DNA of 64,000 nucleotides from a virus. Of this stretch, positions 1-9,084 are shown one piece after another (within the stretch, counting starts at the first letter, position 1; each line of letters starts with the position of its first letter). The translations under genes and the position numbers were made by a program. The DNA lies in the IMG/VR virus record IMGVR_UViG_3300027896_000010, positions 96,001-160,000 of that record. One strand, written 5' to 3'. Below the pieces are notes generated by a model, which was not told the DNA's origin, did not search any database, and saw only the letters and a program-made list of their open reading frames with translations.

Positions 1-222
1 CAAAAAAGCCAGTTCTTTAAGTATGTCTTCTAGGTTCCTAGCCATCTTCAACAACTCTGCGTTGGTTATTCCCTGCTGGGCTAGGGGCATGGATTGAACC
101 TTCTTAGTCAACTCCGCATACCTTGCTTCAAATGACGATGAGCAATTTAAATCAAGACTTATGCCAGCCCCACACTTGTCATCAGCATCCCAATAATCAA
201 ACAGACAATTTTCACATTTCAT
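1..222 (-). CDS. hypothetical protein, partial (runs off left edge)
   Basis: Translated by hand: MKCENCLFDYWDADDKCGAGISLDLNC..., open to base 1; ATG overlaps the end of the upstream ORF. Confidence 0.55.
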   Translation of the reverse strand, partial: MKCENCLFDYWDADDKCGAGISLDLNCSSSFEARYAELTKKVQSMPLAQQGITNAELLKMARNLEDILKELAFL

Positions 223-409
223 CCCCATGCCTATGCCCCCTTACAGAGATATCATATTCGTCTTCGTCTGTCTTTCTTTCCATATGCTCTTCGGCCAGTA
301 CATCAGAAAGAACCTGAATCATATCAGCAACATTATTGCTCATGCGAAACAATTCTTCTCTGACTGACCTCAACCCATTGATAGCAAAAGCGATTAGCTG
401 GTCATCCAT
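212..409 (-). CDS. hypothetical protein, paralog of 2927..3118
   Basis: Shares LI.FAINGLRS.R.EL.R....VADMI.VLSDVLA with 2927..3118. Confidence 0.7.
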   Translation of the reverse strand: MDDQLIAFAINGLRSVREELFRMSNNVADMIQVLSDVLAEEHMERKTDEDEYDISVRGHRHGDEM

Positions 410-644
410 TCTCTTTCTCCTGCTCTATCTTGCGAAGACAATGCTTGCACACCTCTCTTGGATGGTAATTCATTTTCGCTCCCCAGTCCTTGGGGAGTCT
501 TTTGCCACAGGCTGATATCATCACATGGTCAAAACTGACGGCTCCCCAAGAAGTCGTGTTAATCTCATGAGCCATATCGACCACTATGTGAGCTACGGTT
601 CTGGCGTTCCACTTGCCATCATAACCATATACTAAATCCATCAT
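402..644 (-). CDS. hypothetical protein with Cys motifs
   Basis: ORF in coupled minus-strand chain; SACG...CKHC. Confidence 0.6.
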   Translation of the reverse strand: MMDLVYGYDGKWNARTVAHIVVDMAHEINTTSWGAVSFDHVMISACGKRLPKDWGAKMNYHPREVCKHCLRKIEQEKENG

Positions 645-883
645 TTCCCCTTAGGGGTTAACCCGAACAGACTCTTGATAGGATGGGCTTTTCTCCATGC
701 CGTCTCTGCATCCCTTGCAATCCTATGCATCTCCATCAACTCGGCTCCAGAACAGATGTTACAGCATCGCCGTGTGCGTAGTTCTATCTCTGTTTCTCTG
801 CCACATTCGGGACATACCTCGATATAACAGAGAGTTGTACCAGCAGGAATCTTTTCCATCAAACCCTCCCAGAACCATGACAA
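641..883 (-). CDS. small Zn-ribbon-like hypothetical protein
   Basis: CPECG...CCNIC; overlaps both neighbours. Confidence 0.6.
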   Translation of the reverse strand: MSWFWEGLMEKIPAGTTLCYIEVCPECGRETEIELRTRRCCNICSGAELMEMHRIARDAETAWRKAHPIKSLFGLTPKGK

Positions 884-1095
884 TCAGGACAAGTCTTAGC
901 AAATAGCACAGGGTCAGTTGCCCACTCAAATTGAGCGGGAACCACAATCCCTGTCGCTTGGCTCACCGTTACTGGCCCTTCCTTATGGTGTTCATTGCCC
1001 ATCTCAAGTAGGCCAATGATGAACATCCCAAGTACCAACAATGCTATTATTACAAATATCGTACATTTGATTCCTAATATTATGAATTTAGTCAT
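859..1095 (-). CDS. membrane protein with C-terminal CxxCxGxG motif
   Basis: N-terminal hydrophobic helix; ends CPDCHGSGRV. Confidence 0.6.
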   Translation of the reverse strand: MTKFIILGIKCTIFVIIALLVLGMFIIGLLEMGNEHHKEGPVTVSQATGIVVPAQFEWATDPVLFAKTCPDCHGSGRV

Positions 1096-1242
1096 TAACT
1101 TTTCCTAATTCCCTTAATAATAACAACTGCACCCGATTCTACATCGGCATCGCTTAGAAGACCAGCTTGCTTATAGGCATTAAACTCGGCTTGATTTACT
1201 ACAAACACTGACGGTAGACAACCCCCCTCTAGCCAGCCCATA

Positions 1243-1674
1243 TCAATCATCTTCGGACTCCTCAGCAAGATTACGGATATTCACCATATCCTTGATTTGA
1301 CCATGTTCATCAAGAGAGACCAGATATGCCTCATTGGTCAGCATCAAAGAACCCTCTCCCCTAGACCATCGCTGAAGCGTGTCAAGGTCTTTCTCGCTGG
1401 TCTCTGGCAGGGCTTTGAGAATAGTAGAAAAAGGACAGGATTCAGGAATCTCGCCAATCAAGACTCCACCCAGAATATTTTTATCAGTCCTTGCGCTTTC
1501 TTGATATTCTTCATGCCAAAGCTTGAACCCACACCCGTCGAGTTCACCCTCATACCCTAGACTAATAAGCGCGGGACAGCGATAATCATCGCCAAGCATA
1601 TTGCAATCCTGTTTCTCTTTGCGCTCCCATACGCTCATGCCTTCACCTTCCCAGAGCCATGACAGGTGGGGCAA
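1243..1674 (-). CDS. hypothetical protein (start probably MSVWE near 1638)
   Basis: ORF track; GGAG-rich SD before the internal Met. Confidence 0.6.
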   Translation of the reverse strand: MPHLSWLWEGEGMSVWERKEKQDCNMLGDDYRCPALISLGYEGELDGCGFKLWHEEYQESARTDKNILGGVLIGEIPESCPFSTILKALPETSEKDLDTLQRWSRGEGSLMLTNEAYLVSLDEHGQIKDMVNIRNLAEESEDD

Positions 1675-2045
1675 TCAACATCATAGAACTTGCCGCCCAA
1701 ATGCTCATTATCAAACTTGCCCGTCCCTTTACAGGCGGGGCAAACTTTGGCATCAGCCATCAAGAAGTCTCCAGCTTGCTTCCTCCCAGAACTATGACAG
1801 ACAGGGCAGGATTCATATCCGTTCTGCCAGTCTTCACATTCAGGCAATCCCATCCCGCCAACGGGTTCTTTCCCCGTCCCTTCACACCGGGAGCAGATAT
1901 CTTCGCCGTGCAACCCATCAGGAATCATGCCATCGCCATCACACGTAGGATACGGTGGGTTGGCTCGTTCTTTTTTATATTGATGCCAACTTCGCGTCCT
2001 GCCCCGATAGCCACTCATTTCTGTTCCCCTGCCCCTCCACACCAA
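1635..2045 (-). CDS. DnaJ-type Zn-finger repeat protein
   Basis: CSRCEGTG, CPVCHSSG, CPACKGTG, CPTCHGSG repeats. Confidence 0.7.
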   Translation of the reverse strand: MVWRGRGTEMSGYRGRTRSWHQYKKERANPPYPTCDGDGMIPDGLHGEDICSRCEGTGKEPVGGMGLPECEDWQNGYESCPVCHSSGRKQAGDFLMADAKVCPACKGTGKFDNEHLGGKFYDVDCPTCHGSGKVKA

Positions 2046-2449
2046 TCACAGGTTCGTTCTTTTCTGTTGTCGCCTGTCATTGGGAATAGCTTCCCTGTCC
2101 CACCACATCTAGAGCATTTAGTCGGGCTGGTTGGTGGGGTCAGAGTCATGCCCAAGCTACCAGTTCCTTTACACTCCTCACAAATAATAGAATGCATCTT
2201 CCCTTTGACATCCCCCGATTCTTTACAACGTTCTTCCTCATAAGGAACCAGTATACGTCTGCGTATCTCGGCTATGCACTCCCCCAATTCACCTAAATAA
2301 TTCTTGTAATTATTATAGCTGGGATGCACATACCTCTTGCACAGGGCGAACAGGACATAATTCAGGTCGCCGTCCATTGCGAGAGCATCTCCCAACTGGT
2401 CAATGATATCGTCTAGCTCTGCCCTGCGCTCTTGTCTTATGTATGGCAC
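2015..2449 (-). CDS. MPYI-type phage protein fused to CxxCxGxG repeats
   Basis: N-terminus MPYIRQERR...GDLNY...RRRILVPYEE...GDV resembles a common phage family (recalled as DUF6899, unverified); then CEECKGTG, CSRCGGTG, CDWCGGAG. Confidence 0.65.
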   Translation of the reverse strand: MPYIRQERRAELDDIIDQLGDALAMDGDLNYVLFALCKRYVHPSYNNYKNYLGELGECIAEIRRRILVPYEEERCKESGDVKGKMHSIICEECKGTGSLGMTLTPPTSPTKCSRCGGTGKLFPMTGDNRKERTCDWCGGAGEQK

Positions 2450-2476
2450 TATTCATCCCCCCACAACGTCTGCCTA

Positions 2477-2701
2477 TCATGTTCTTATTTCTTTGCCAAG
2501 CCCAACCGCCAGAACCACAATAATGAAAAGGGAAATTAACCCAGCAGGAGTGAACCCCAATATCATCCACCAGCGGAAATCTTTTTTGTGCTGTAGCCTG
2601 TCTGCCGTGTATACCGTAGGCCACAGAACAACAGTAAAAAATACCAGTATGATAAGTATTACCAGCAAGCCAACGAGAAAATCCTTAAGATGTTGCTTCA
2701 T
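2477..2701 (-). CDS. two-TM membrane protein
   Basis: Two hydrophobic segments. Confidence 0.6.
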   Translation of the reverse strand: MKQHLKDFLVGLLVILIILVFFTVVLWPTVYTADRLQHKKDFRWWMILGFTPAGLISLFIIVVLAVGLGKEIRT

Positions 2702-2930
2702 TATCTTCCTGCTCTTCTTTAAAGCTCAATCCCAACTCCTGTAGTTCTAGAGCAGAAGTCTGCATCAAAGAGCCAGCGATATCCCACAACCAATCCGACA
2801 GTTCCTCTAAGCCAGCTTCCCCAGCATGTCTGGCCCAGAGCGCAACCTGCTCAGCCCTATCTCGTGGTTTCTGCCCTGCGATAATCCTCGCTAGCAAGGC
2901 CTTATAGTTAGGCCACGGTTCTGTTCTCAT
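2685..2930 (-). CDS. hypothetical protein
   Basis: ORF in coupled chain. Confidence 0.6.
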   Translation of the reverse strand: MRTEPWPNYKALLARIIAGQKPRDRAEQVALWARHAGEAGLEELSDWLWDIAGSLMQTSALELQELGLSFKEEQEDNEATS

Positions 2931-3118
2931 GGATTATCTTCCTTCTCGCTATCAGCTAAAACATCAGACAGAACAGAAATCATGTCAGCAACATAATCAG
3001 CCAAGCGAGTGAGTTCAGTTCTTGTTGACCTAAGCCCATTGATAGCGAACATAATTAAATCATCCTTGTCGCTCATTTGGCTTCCTTTTCTATCTTGGTC
3101 ATACCAAGTATCGTACAA
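2927..3118 (-). CDS. hypothetical protein, paralog of 212..409 (start probably MSDKDD near 3076)
   Basis: FAINGLRS...VADMISVLSDVLA. Confidence 0.7.
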   Translation of the reverse strand: MYDTWYDQDRKGSQMSDKDDLIMFAINGLRSTRTELTRLADYVADMISVLSDVLADSEKEDNP

Positions 3119-3309
3119 TCGCCTAGCAAACAGAACTCGTGGTCTACACCCTTACTGTCACGCACCATCATGGAGATTCCAGCAATAGCCAACCTTTTCC
3201 CACAAAATGCACACCTACGGTCTCCAAAGTATTCTCTATTTTTCCGGGCTAGCGTTTCAGACCATTCTTTTTCAAACATCGCTAGCTCTTCAAGAAAAGC
3301 CTCTTCCAT
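3073..3309 (-). CDS. small Cys-containing hypothetical protein
   Basis: CAFCG...HEFC..C. Confidence 0.6.
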   Translation of the reverse strand: MEEAFLEELAMFEKEWSETLARKNREYFGDRRCAFCGKRLAIAGISMMVRDSKGVDHEFCLLGDCTILGMTKIEKEAK

Positions 3310-3525
3310 TATATCCTTACTTCCTTCCTCATCTTATCTATGGCTTCTTGGTGATGCCTTTCATACAAACCCTGACCGACAGCGACACCGAAAGCTAGTA
3401 TACAACCTAGTAATAGTAACGTTCCCATCCTCATCATCTCCTTTCAAAAAGAATAGGGGCTGGTAGGGGTTACTTGCTGAGTGTGACAGAACCCGAAGCT
3501 CGTCTAGTTACCAGCCCCCATTATT

Positions 3526-4002
3526 TTATGGATATTTGTAGCCGTTGTCCTGCAAGTACTGTTCTCTATCGCTGTTACTATATCCCTCGTCATACAACTG
3601 CTGACTCTTACGTATGTAATCACCTCGTTGCTGCTCTTTCCTGTTTTCTACAGCCTGTTCACGAGTAGGTGGAGTGTAGTTCCTGAGAGCATTATTAACG
3701 GCGTCATCGGTGTAATCGGGGCCGTTGCTATCAGTGGAACTCCCGGGAGAATAGGTGACGCCATTGCGGAAACTAGTGGAACTTGCACCATCAGAATCCC
3801 TATTGTGGTTAGACACGAAAATAAACGCCAGAACAAATACCAAACCAAGGAGCAAGCTCACAATCCCAACTAGAGCCAGAACCATAGTCCTATTACTCCT
3901 CATCCTAACTGTAGCCTGATTCATCTTTGCTTGTATCTCTTCGGTTCTCTGGGTAGCTAGGCCAGAGTATTCCTCGTAACCCTTTCCCTTATCTAAGTCC
4001 AT
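3526..4002 (-). CDS. single-TM membrane protein with Ser/Asp-rich ectodomain
   Basis: TM helix MVLALVGIVSLLLGLVFVLAFIFV followed by low-complexity polar region. Confidence 0.65.
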   Translation of the reverse strand: MDLDKGKGYEEYSGLATQRTEEIQAKMNQATVRMRSNRTMVLALVGIVSLLLGLVFVLAFIFVSNHNRDSDGASSTSFRNGVTYSPGSSTDSNGPDYTDDAVNNALRNYTPPTREQAVENRKEQQRGDYIRKSQQLYDEGYSNSDREQYLQDNGYKYP

Positions 4003-4181
4003 TGTGGCTCCTTCCCCTCGTCCTCATCCTCGTCCATGTCAAAAACAATCTCGACTTCCTGCCCCCTGAGGATGCCTAACATAAACAAGCACTCTCGGAA
4101 GCTCAACGTGCCATCTCTCCAATCTATCCATGCATCTGTAATATTTCGCCAGTGTATGTCTCTAAACCTTCCCATTTTCAA
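3993..4181 (-). CDS. hypothetical protein
   Basis: ORF in coupled chain. Confidence 0.55.
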   Translation of the reverse strand: MKMGRFRDIHWRNITDAWIDWRDGTLSFRECLFMLGILRGQEVEIVFDMDEDEDEGKEPQWT

Positions 4182-4444
4182 TATTCCCTTTCAACTAGCG
4201 CCAAAACAGCATGCACAAACTGACCTGCTATGGCTTCTGCTTCCCGCCCAGTCATTGTTGTCTCGATTCTGGGCTTCTCTCTTTTATCGGCTGTATCGTC
4301 AAGCACCTCTAGTGGCGAGACGAACGAAATTATAACTTCATCATCATAAATAGAGACTACTGGATAGGGGCTGAGCTTGTCAGTTTTGATATCATAATCA
4401 AACTTCTTCCTGTTCTTCGTCGTTACACCCGATACTCTCATCAT
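4178..4444 (-). CDS. hypothetical protein
   Basis: ORF with SD GGAGG. Confidence 0.6.
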   Translation of the reverse strand: MMRVSGVTTKNRKKFDYDIKTDKLSPYPVVSIYDDEVIISFVSPLEVLDDTADKREKPRIETTMTGREAEAIAGQFVHAVLALVEREY

Positions 4445-4449
4445 TCCTC

Positions 4450-4860
4450 CTATTCCTTTTCATTCCAGTTCTTTATTTCATTTCGACTTCTCTGGCGGGA
4501 CTCCTTTGCAGTTACTCGTCTACCAAACTTACCAGTAGTCATATGAATCCAACCATTCGTTTTAATATGACCCATACCTGAGCTTTTGGCTGGGATTTTG
4601 CCTTCGCCATTCAATACAGGAATCTTACTCATGCCTTCGCTTCCTTTGCGTCTTTGCCTTACTCTTCGAGGAGTTGCTCTCCCTTTTATGGCAAGACACT
4701 CAGGGCACGTAACTGGAAGTCTAGTCTCTTCCCAACTCTCAACCAACCATCCTGTAAAAACTCTCTTATCTGGTTGGCAAACTAGATAGCCAAAACTTGC
4801 GCTTTTGTATGCCGAAGTTGCCCAATGTACCACATTATCTTCAAGACATTTAACTCTCAT
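4450..4860 (-). CDS. hypothetical protein (Cys motif, basic C-terminus; may be two fused modules)
   Basis: VTCPECL; Arg/Lys-rich tail. Confidence 0.55.
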   Translation of the reverse strand: MRVKCLEDNVVHWATSAYKSASFGYLVCQPDKRVFTGWLVESWEETRLPVTCPECLAIKGRATPRRVRQRRKGSEGMSKIPVLNGEGKIPAKSSGMGHIKTNGWIHMTTGKFGRRVTAKESRQRSRNEIKNWNEKE

Positions 4861-4890
4861 AATCTAATCCTTAGTTACTTCTTAATGAAC

Positions 4891-4936
4891 TAACGATGCA
4901 TATTATTGAAATATGTTTCAATATCTTGCATCGTTA
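4891..4936. other. 46-nt intergenic stem-loop
   Basis: TAACGATGCA...TATTGAAA-TATG-TTTCAATA...TGCATCGTTA. Confidence 0.6.
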
Positions 4937-5101
4937 ATATCCTAACTTCACAACTCTATTTATAAGCAAAAATAATTCCTTCCAACATTTCTTACATAAA
5001 GTAATTGAATGAAAGCCTTCCCCTTCTATCCAATATAAAACCTTATTTTTCCCACACTCGTCACAATTACCTTTTTCTCTTTGCCTAAACTCCCAAGCCA
5101 T
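4934..5101 (-). CDS. 55-aa CxxC...CxxC protein (below ORF-track cutoff)
   Basis: MAWEFRQREKGNCDECGKNKVLYWIEGEGFHSITLCKKCWKELFLLINRVVKLGY. Confidence 0.6.
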   Translation of the reverse strand: MAWEFRQREKGNCDECGKNKVLYWIEGEGFHSITLCKKCWKELFLLINRVVKLGY

Positions 5102-5315
5102 TTCCATCCTCCGTCCGTTTCCCCCTTGACTCGTCTGATTCGAGCGTCAGATATCGGACTGCACTCAAATTAACAAAATGGACGAGGTCTTTGTTTTCAC
5201 ACACAATCATGATGGGGATATCCAGCATTATTTCAGCGTCAATGCTTTCCCATTGTACTACCGTATCATCCAGATATTCCACATGTACAAACATTACTTT
5301 CTCCTGTCCATCCAA
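5085..5315 (-). CDS. hypothetical protein (start probably MFVHVE at 5294)
   Basis: TAATG overlap with upstream peptide. Confidence 0.6.
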   Translation of the reverse strand: MDGQEKVMFVHVEYLDDTVVQWESIDAEIMLDIPIMIVCENKDLVHFVNLSAVRYLTLESDESRGKRTEDGNGLGV

Positions 5316-5395
5316 TCTTCAAGGAACCCTATCGCCACGATAGCTATCATAAAGCCAATAATTATCCCTGTTATCAACATATACCAAGGAGCCAT
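5294..5395 (-). CDS. 33-aa single-TM peptide
   Basis: MAPWYMLITGIIIGFMIAIVAIGFLEDWMDRRK; fills gap, coupled to next gene. Confidence 0.55.
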   Translation of the reverse strand: MAPWYMLITGIIIGFMIAIVAIGFLEDWMDRRK

Positions 5396-5400
5396 TATTT

Positions 5401-5598
5401 CTAATCCTTTACTTGCCTAGTGTACTTCTTTCTGTATTTCTTACAATCAACCTTCTCCTGAGGCCAACCATTTGCAAGCTGTCCCTTCAAGCACCCATAT
5501 ATCATACCACCAGTATTGAAGTGGTTATACTGGCACTCTCCGCAAACAGATGGATTTCGTGTATCGCTCTTCCCCATCGGATACGCCCCCTGCTTCAT
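5401..5598 (-). CDS. small Cys-rich protein
   Basis: CGECQY...GCLKG...DCKKY. Confidence 0.55.
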   Translation of the reverse strand: MKQGAYPMGKSDTRNPSVCGECQYNHFNTGGMIYGCLKGQLANGWPQEKVDCKKYRKKYTRQVKD

Positions 5599-6143
5599 GG
5601 TTCCTCTTCCACTTGTATGGGTGCTACTGAAAAGAGCGTCCGTTTTGCTCCATCCTCCCGCTCCAAATAGCGAATATTACTTCCATCATCCTTGCTATAT
5701 GGATTATCAAGATAGCCATTTTTAAGGTAAAAATCTGTAGGGTCACCTGATGTAACATCAGTTTTAACTCTTATCACATCTGGCTTCAAGTAGGCCAAAA
5801 GTGTGCGACCTATTCCTTGCCCACGATAGTCTGGGTGGACGAAGAGATTGATAAGCGTGTTGTTGACCCAACTAACTATTATAAGGCCCACAATCTCTCT
5901 CCCAGATTCCGCAATCCACACTTTCATCGGCTTACGCTCCGCACGGTCTGGAGCTTGACCAGTTATCACACGCCACAATTGCTGATTAGTGGTAAAGTAG
6001 TCACGGCGATAATGGGTATCCAAAAGTTCTCTGATATTCTCGAAGTCAATATCGAGTGCTGGTCTGATGATTATGAATCCACCAGCTATTGATTCCATTA
6101 CGCCCCCTTGTCTAGTATGGGTTTTGGATTGCATGCTGGGCAT
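5595..6143 (-). CDS. GNAT-family N-acetyltransferase
   Basis: Motif A LFVHPDYRGQGIGRTLL; FYLKNGY. Confidence 0.85.
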   Translation of the reverse strand: MPSMQSKTHTRQGGVMESIAGGFIIIRPALDIDFENIRELLDTHYRRDYFTTNQQLWRVITGQAPDRAERKPMKVWIAESGREIVGLIIVSWVNNTLINLFVHPDYRGQGIGRTLLAYLKPDVIRVKTDVTSGDPTDFYLKNGYLDNPYSKDDGSNIRYLEREDGAKRTLFSVAPIQVEEEP

Positions 6144-6367
6144 CGCTCTCTGTCGTAACCATGCATGATATATCCCTTCCTTGCTCCTCCCCTACATAGA
6201 GGACAAAAAACATCCAGCTTTACTATTTCTTCTTCACAGAAGAACCTTTCTTCTATGCAATCCTCCTTCAATGCCAACTCTATGGTATCGAGAGCAAGCT
6301 CAGGTATCATCGCCCCATAAAGCATACGATTTACTATGGAGTCTATCCTGTCACCGTATTCCATCAC
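6098..6367 (-). CDS. hypothetical protein with Cys pairs
   Basis: CPLCRGG...CPAC. Confidence 0.6.
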   Translation of the reverse strand: MMEYGDRIDSIVNRMLYGAMIPELALDTIELALKEDCIEERFFCEEEIVKLDVFCPLCRGGARKGYIMHGYDRERCPACNPKPILDKGA

Positions 6368-6780
6368 TTATCACCTGCTTTTTTGGCACCGATATGATAC
6401 TTAATGATATGGTTGTTCTTGCTCCAAATGGTAATGTCTCCGTTAACTCCTGTTGACCACGCTTGCTCTCCCAAGGATTCATCAGAACGAATGGTATATT
6501 CTCTTCCATTAATCAACCCTCTCACATAAAACGTTTTGTTATCTGCTCTTGGATAGGTGATATTAGTTATATGATAGGTATAAGCTCCATCAGAAATGTG
6601 TGGGCCTATATGACCCTTGTTGATAAGGCACCCCTGAACGCAATAGGTAGCCCCACACATTAGTCCAGCACCTACAGCTATTACTACCACAACACAAACA
6701 GCTATCACCAACATAGCGAAAAGAACGTTCAACACATCTTCCCTAAATTCTCTCATTTTTCCTCCTTCTTGGATTCCCAC
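6364..6780 (-). CDS. single-TM membrane protein
   Basis: Hydrophobic helix then beta-rich ectodomain; weak resemblance to 11655..12059. Confidence 0.6.
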   Translation of the reverse strand: MGIQEGGKMREFREDVLNVLFAMLVIAVCVVVVIAVGAGLMCGATYCVQGCLINKGHIGPHISDGAYTYHITNITYPRADNKTFYVRGLINGREYTIRSDESLGEQAWSTGVNGDITIWSKNNHIIKYHIGAKKAGDK

Positions 6781-7070
6781 TTATTCCATTTTCTGCACCG
6801 CAAACACATCTCGGATTTACTAGCTGGTAAATCGAACTTGCAGTTGTAGCAGTCCTTCTTTTGCGCCACCAGCACCAACTCTGGATTCTCGACCACGGCT
6901 TTGAGTGCGGCGGCGTGAGGGCAGGAGTCGGGTGGCAAGTTTTTAGTGAAATGCAACCCGCAAAATACTTCCAAATCGTCATATTTGTCGCCTCTTTTTA
7001 GACACGGGCAGTCGGGATAATCCATCGGCCACAATTCGGGATGTCTCCCATCGTTCTCACACACGCTCAT
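6753..7070 (-). CDS. Cys-rich protein, CPHAxALKA family
   Basis: CPC...C...CPHAAALKAVVENPELVLV shared with 8863..9084 and 39121..39456. Confidence 0.7.
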   Translation of the reverse strand: MSVCENDGRHPELWPMDYPDCPCLKRGDKYDDLEVFCGLHFTKNLPPDSCPHAAALKAVVENPELVLVAQKKDCYNCKFDLPASKSEMCLRCRKWNKWESKKEEK

Positions 7071-7109
7071 GGCTTCCTCCCGGTGCCTACCAGTGACATA
7101 TCAAACTTT

Positions 7110-7187
7110 CTAATCCCACAAAGCCAATAGAATGATAAGAACGCCAAATACCCAAATCGCTATCAATACTTCCGTTTGTGTTGTCAT
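7110..7187 (-). CDS. 25-aa TM peptide
   Basis: MTTQTEVLIAIWVFGVLIILLALWD; ATGA overlap with upstream stop. Confidence 0.45.
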   Translation of the reverse strand: MTTQTEVLIAIWVFGVLIILLALWD

Positions 7188-7495
7188 GGCTTCCTTCCGG
7201 TGCCTTTGCAGGTGGGACATTTCTTTTCGCTCATGTGGGATGCGGGCCAGTAATGTCCTCGATATGCAATGGTTCCCTCGCCACCGCACTTTTCGCAGGG
7301 ATTTTCCTTCTTTACCCACACTTCATAAATCATCACGCCACCGTCATGCTTCAACTCGAAGTGTTGGTCTTCTAGCACAGCCTCGATGATGGAGAGGTCT
7401 TCGTCCTTGAGCATACTGTTGGCAATCGCAATACCAAGTTCTTCGCGGTGAATCTGCCTTTGCAATATCTCGCTCATCGGCACCTTCTCGGTCAT
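7184..7495 (-). CDS. LSIIEAVL-family protein with DnaJ-type Zn finger
   Basis: LSIIEAVLE, CEKCGGEG, CPTCKGTG. Confidence 0.7.
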   Translation of the reverse strand: MTEKVPMSEILQRQIHREELGIAIANSMLKDEDLSIIEAVLEDQHFELKHDGGVMIYEVWVKKENPCEKCGGEGTIAYRGHYWPASHMSEKKCPTCKGTGRKP

Positions 7496-7692
7496 TCTTC
7501 GGCCTCCTCAACCTCGTAATCCTCGCACCATTTATCGATGACAGATTGGGCTAGTTCTTCGGCGCAGGAGAGGCAGATGATGGAACCATATTGAAAATAT
7601 GCTGTTCGTATCCATTCGCCATGTCCGTGGCACCAATGCTTTCCCTCTTCTTCATTCTCATGGTATGTCCAAGTCATCGTTATGCCTCCCAT
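7492..7692 (-). CDS. MTWTYH-family Zn-finger protein
   Basis: MTWTYHENEE...ICLSCAEELA shared with 10857..11093. Confidence 0.7.
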   Translation of the reverse strand: MGGITMTWTYHENEEEGKHWCHGHGEWIRTAYFQYGSIICLSCAEELAQSVIDKWCEDYEVEEAEE

Positions 7693-8030
7693 ATATCTTG
7701 AATAATAATACCAGACTCGCTCTCGGCTATCAGTTCCTTGCAGATAGAAAACCTATCATCCAGCCAAGCTTCCTTCCCCTCGTCTGCCGCATGCTCTGAT
7801 GCTATCATCCTCGCTTCTTTCTCGTCTTTCGCCCTTACGACTACTGTGAAACACTTGTCATACCACGGTAGCCATGGGTTTATCTTAAGATTCGCCTCAT
7901 CTTGTTCTTGTTCCTTCTTCAAGACCTTCCAGAATACCTCTTTCGTCTCTCCCTGTTTATAGATATCTGCAAAAGAATCAAACTGTACATCGGGCAAATC
8001 TTTCTGTGGCTCAAGTATCCAGAGTTTCAT
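7680..8030 (-). CDS. hypothetical phage protein
   Basis: SD GGGAGG; VVVRAKDEKEARMIA resembles a common phage hypothetical. Confidence 0.65.
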   Translation of the reverse strand: MKLWILEPQKDLPDVQFDSFADIYKQGETKEVFWKVLKKEQEQDEANLKINPWLPWYDKCFTVVVRAKDEKEARMIASEHAADEGKEAWLDDRFSICKELIAESESGIIIQDIWEA

Positions 8031-8153
8031 GCTTCCTCCCTAGTTCTTTGCAACAAATGATACACCACTTAGAATCAAGCGTATCAATATGATACCCTAA
8101 CGAACAGCATATGAACTTACGCCACCAGAACCAGAATCTACCTCCTCGCCATA

Positions 8154-8861
8154 TCATACATCTTCTTCCTTCGACTTAAAATTCTCACACGCCTTCATCT
8201 TCCCGGGGAACCAGTCAGGAGCATTATTGTTCTTTTTTATTCTGGTGCTATTCCAACAGGCTACATAAGACCTATTATCATCATTGATGGTCAATAATGA
8301 ATTGGCACAATCCCCACACGTATACTCCCACCAGTCATGCAAATTAACATCTTTTTTGATATCTTCTAGCTCTTCCTCACAATAAAGACCATCCTTGCTG
8401 AAGACATCATTCGCTATTTTTGATTCTTTCTTGCTGGCAAGCTTGCCCATATCATCATAGAACTGGTCATAGTCTCCATTCCAGTATCTCTCCAAATACT
8501 GGTCATATACGGCCTCAATATCAGCAGGTGAATAATTAAACTCCTCTGCCTTAATTGGCAAATCCAGACCGTGTTCGTACTCGATGCCCCAGACCTTCTT
8601 TTCGATACGCCCTTGGTCAAGGATTAATTTATCATAATGGGTTTGTAGCTCTTGTATCTTCTTGTGCGTCTCGGCACTCCATTCGTCTATCACCTGCCGG
8701 TCCTCTTCTAGAGAGAATATGCGTCTCTCTATTGTGACTGCATAAGACGCCAGTGTATGAGATATCAAATGAACTACCCTCTTCTGCATGAACTTCGGCA
8801 TCCACCCAAGCTTATTCTGTGCCTTTATCATTTCGCTCTCCCTCCGATTGCCATTTTTCAT
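8154..8861 (-). CDS. coiled-coil protein with C-terminal Cys cluster
   Basis: Helical N-terminus; TCGDC...AC...ACENF. Confidence 0.65.
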   Translation of the reverse strand: MKNGNRRESEMIKAQNKLGWMPKFMQKRVVHLISHTLASYAVTIERRIFSLEEDRQVIDEWSAETHKKIQELQTHYDKLILDQGRIEKKVWGIEYEHGLDLPIKAEEFNYSPADIEAVYDQYLERYWNGDYDQFYDDMGKLASKKESKIANDVFSKDGLYCEEELEDIKKDVNLHDWWEYTCGDCANSLLTINDDNRSYVACWNSTRIKKNNNAPDWFPGKMKACENFKSKEEDV

Positions 8862-8862
8862 A

Positions 8863-9084
8863 TTATACCTCTTTAAATATTTTTCTGATACCTTGCGTCA
8901 TTGCTACCAATATTAACTCAGGGTATTTCACTATAGCCTTAAGAGCATTAGCATGAGGGCAAATATCAGCTTCATCTGGATAGATAATCGTCATCCTCAA
9001 TCGACAGTAAATATTTCCATCAGAATCTTGTTCCGCACATGGACAAGTAGGCTCGTCCACATCCCATCCTTCATCGCAAAGCAT
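8863..9084 (-). CDS. Cys-rich protein, CPHAxALKA family
   Basis: CPC...C...CPHANALKAIVKYPELILV. Confidence 0.7.
   Translation of the reverse strand: MLCDEGWDVDEPTCPCAEQDSDGNIYCRLRMTIIYPDEADICPHANALKAIVKYPELILVAMTQGIRKIFKEV

Noticed and set aside
8858-8878. TATAAT upstream of 8154..8861 as a promoter
   Set aside because: It lies between an SD (AAAGAGG) and the ATG and has no -35; more likely an RBS spacer.
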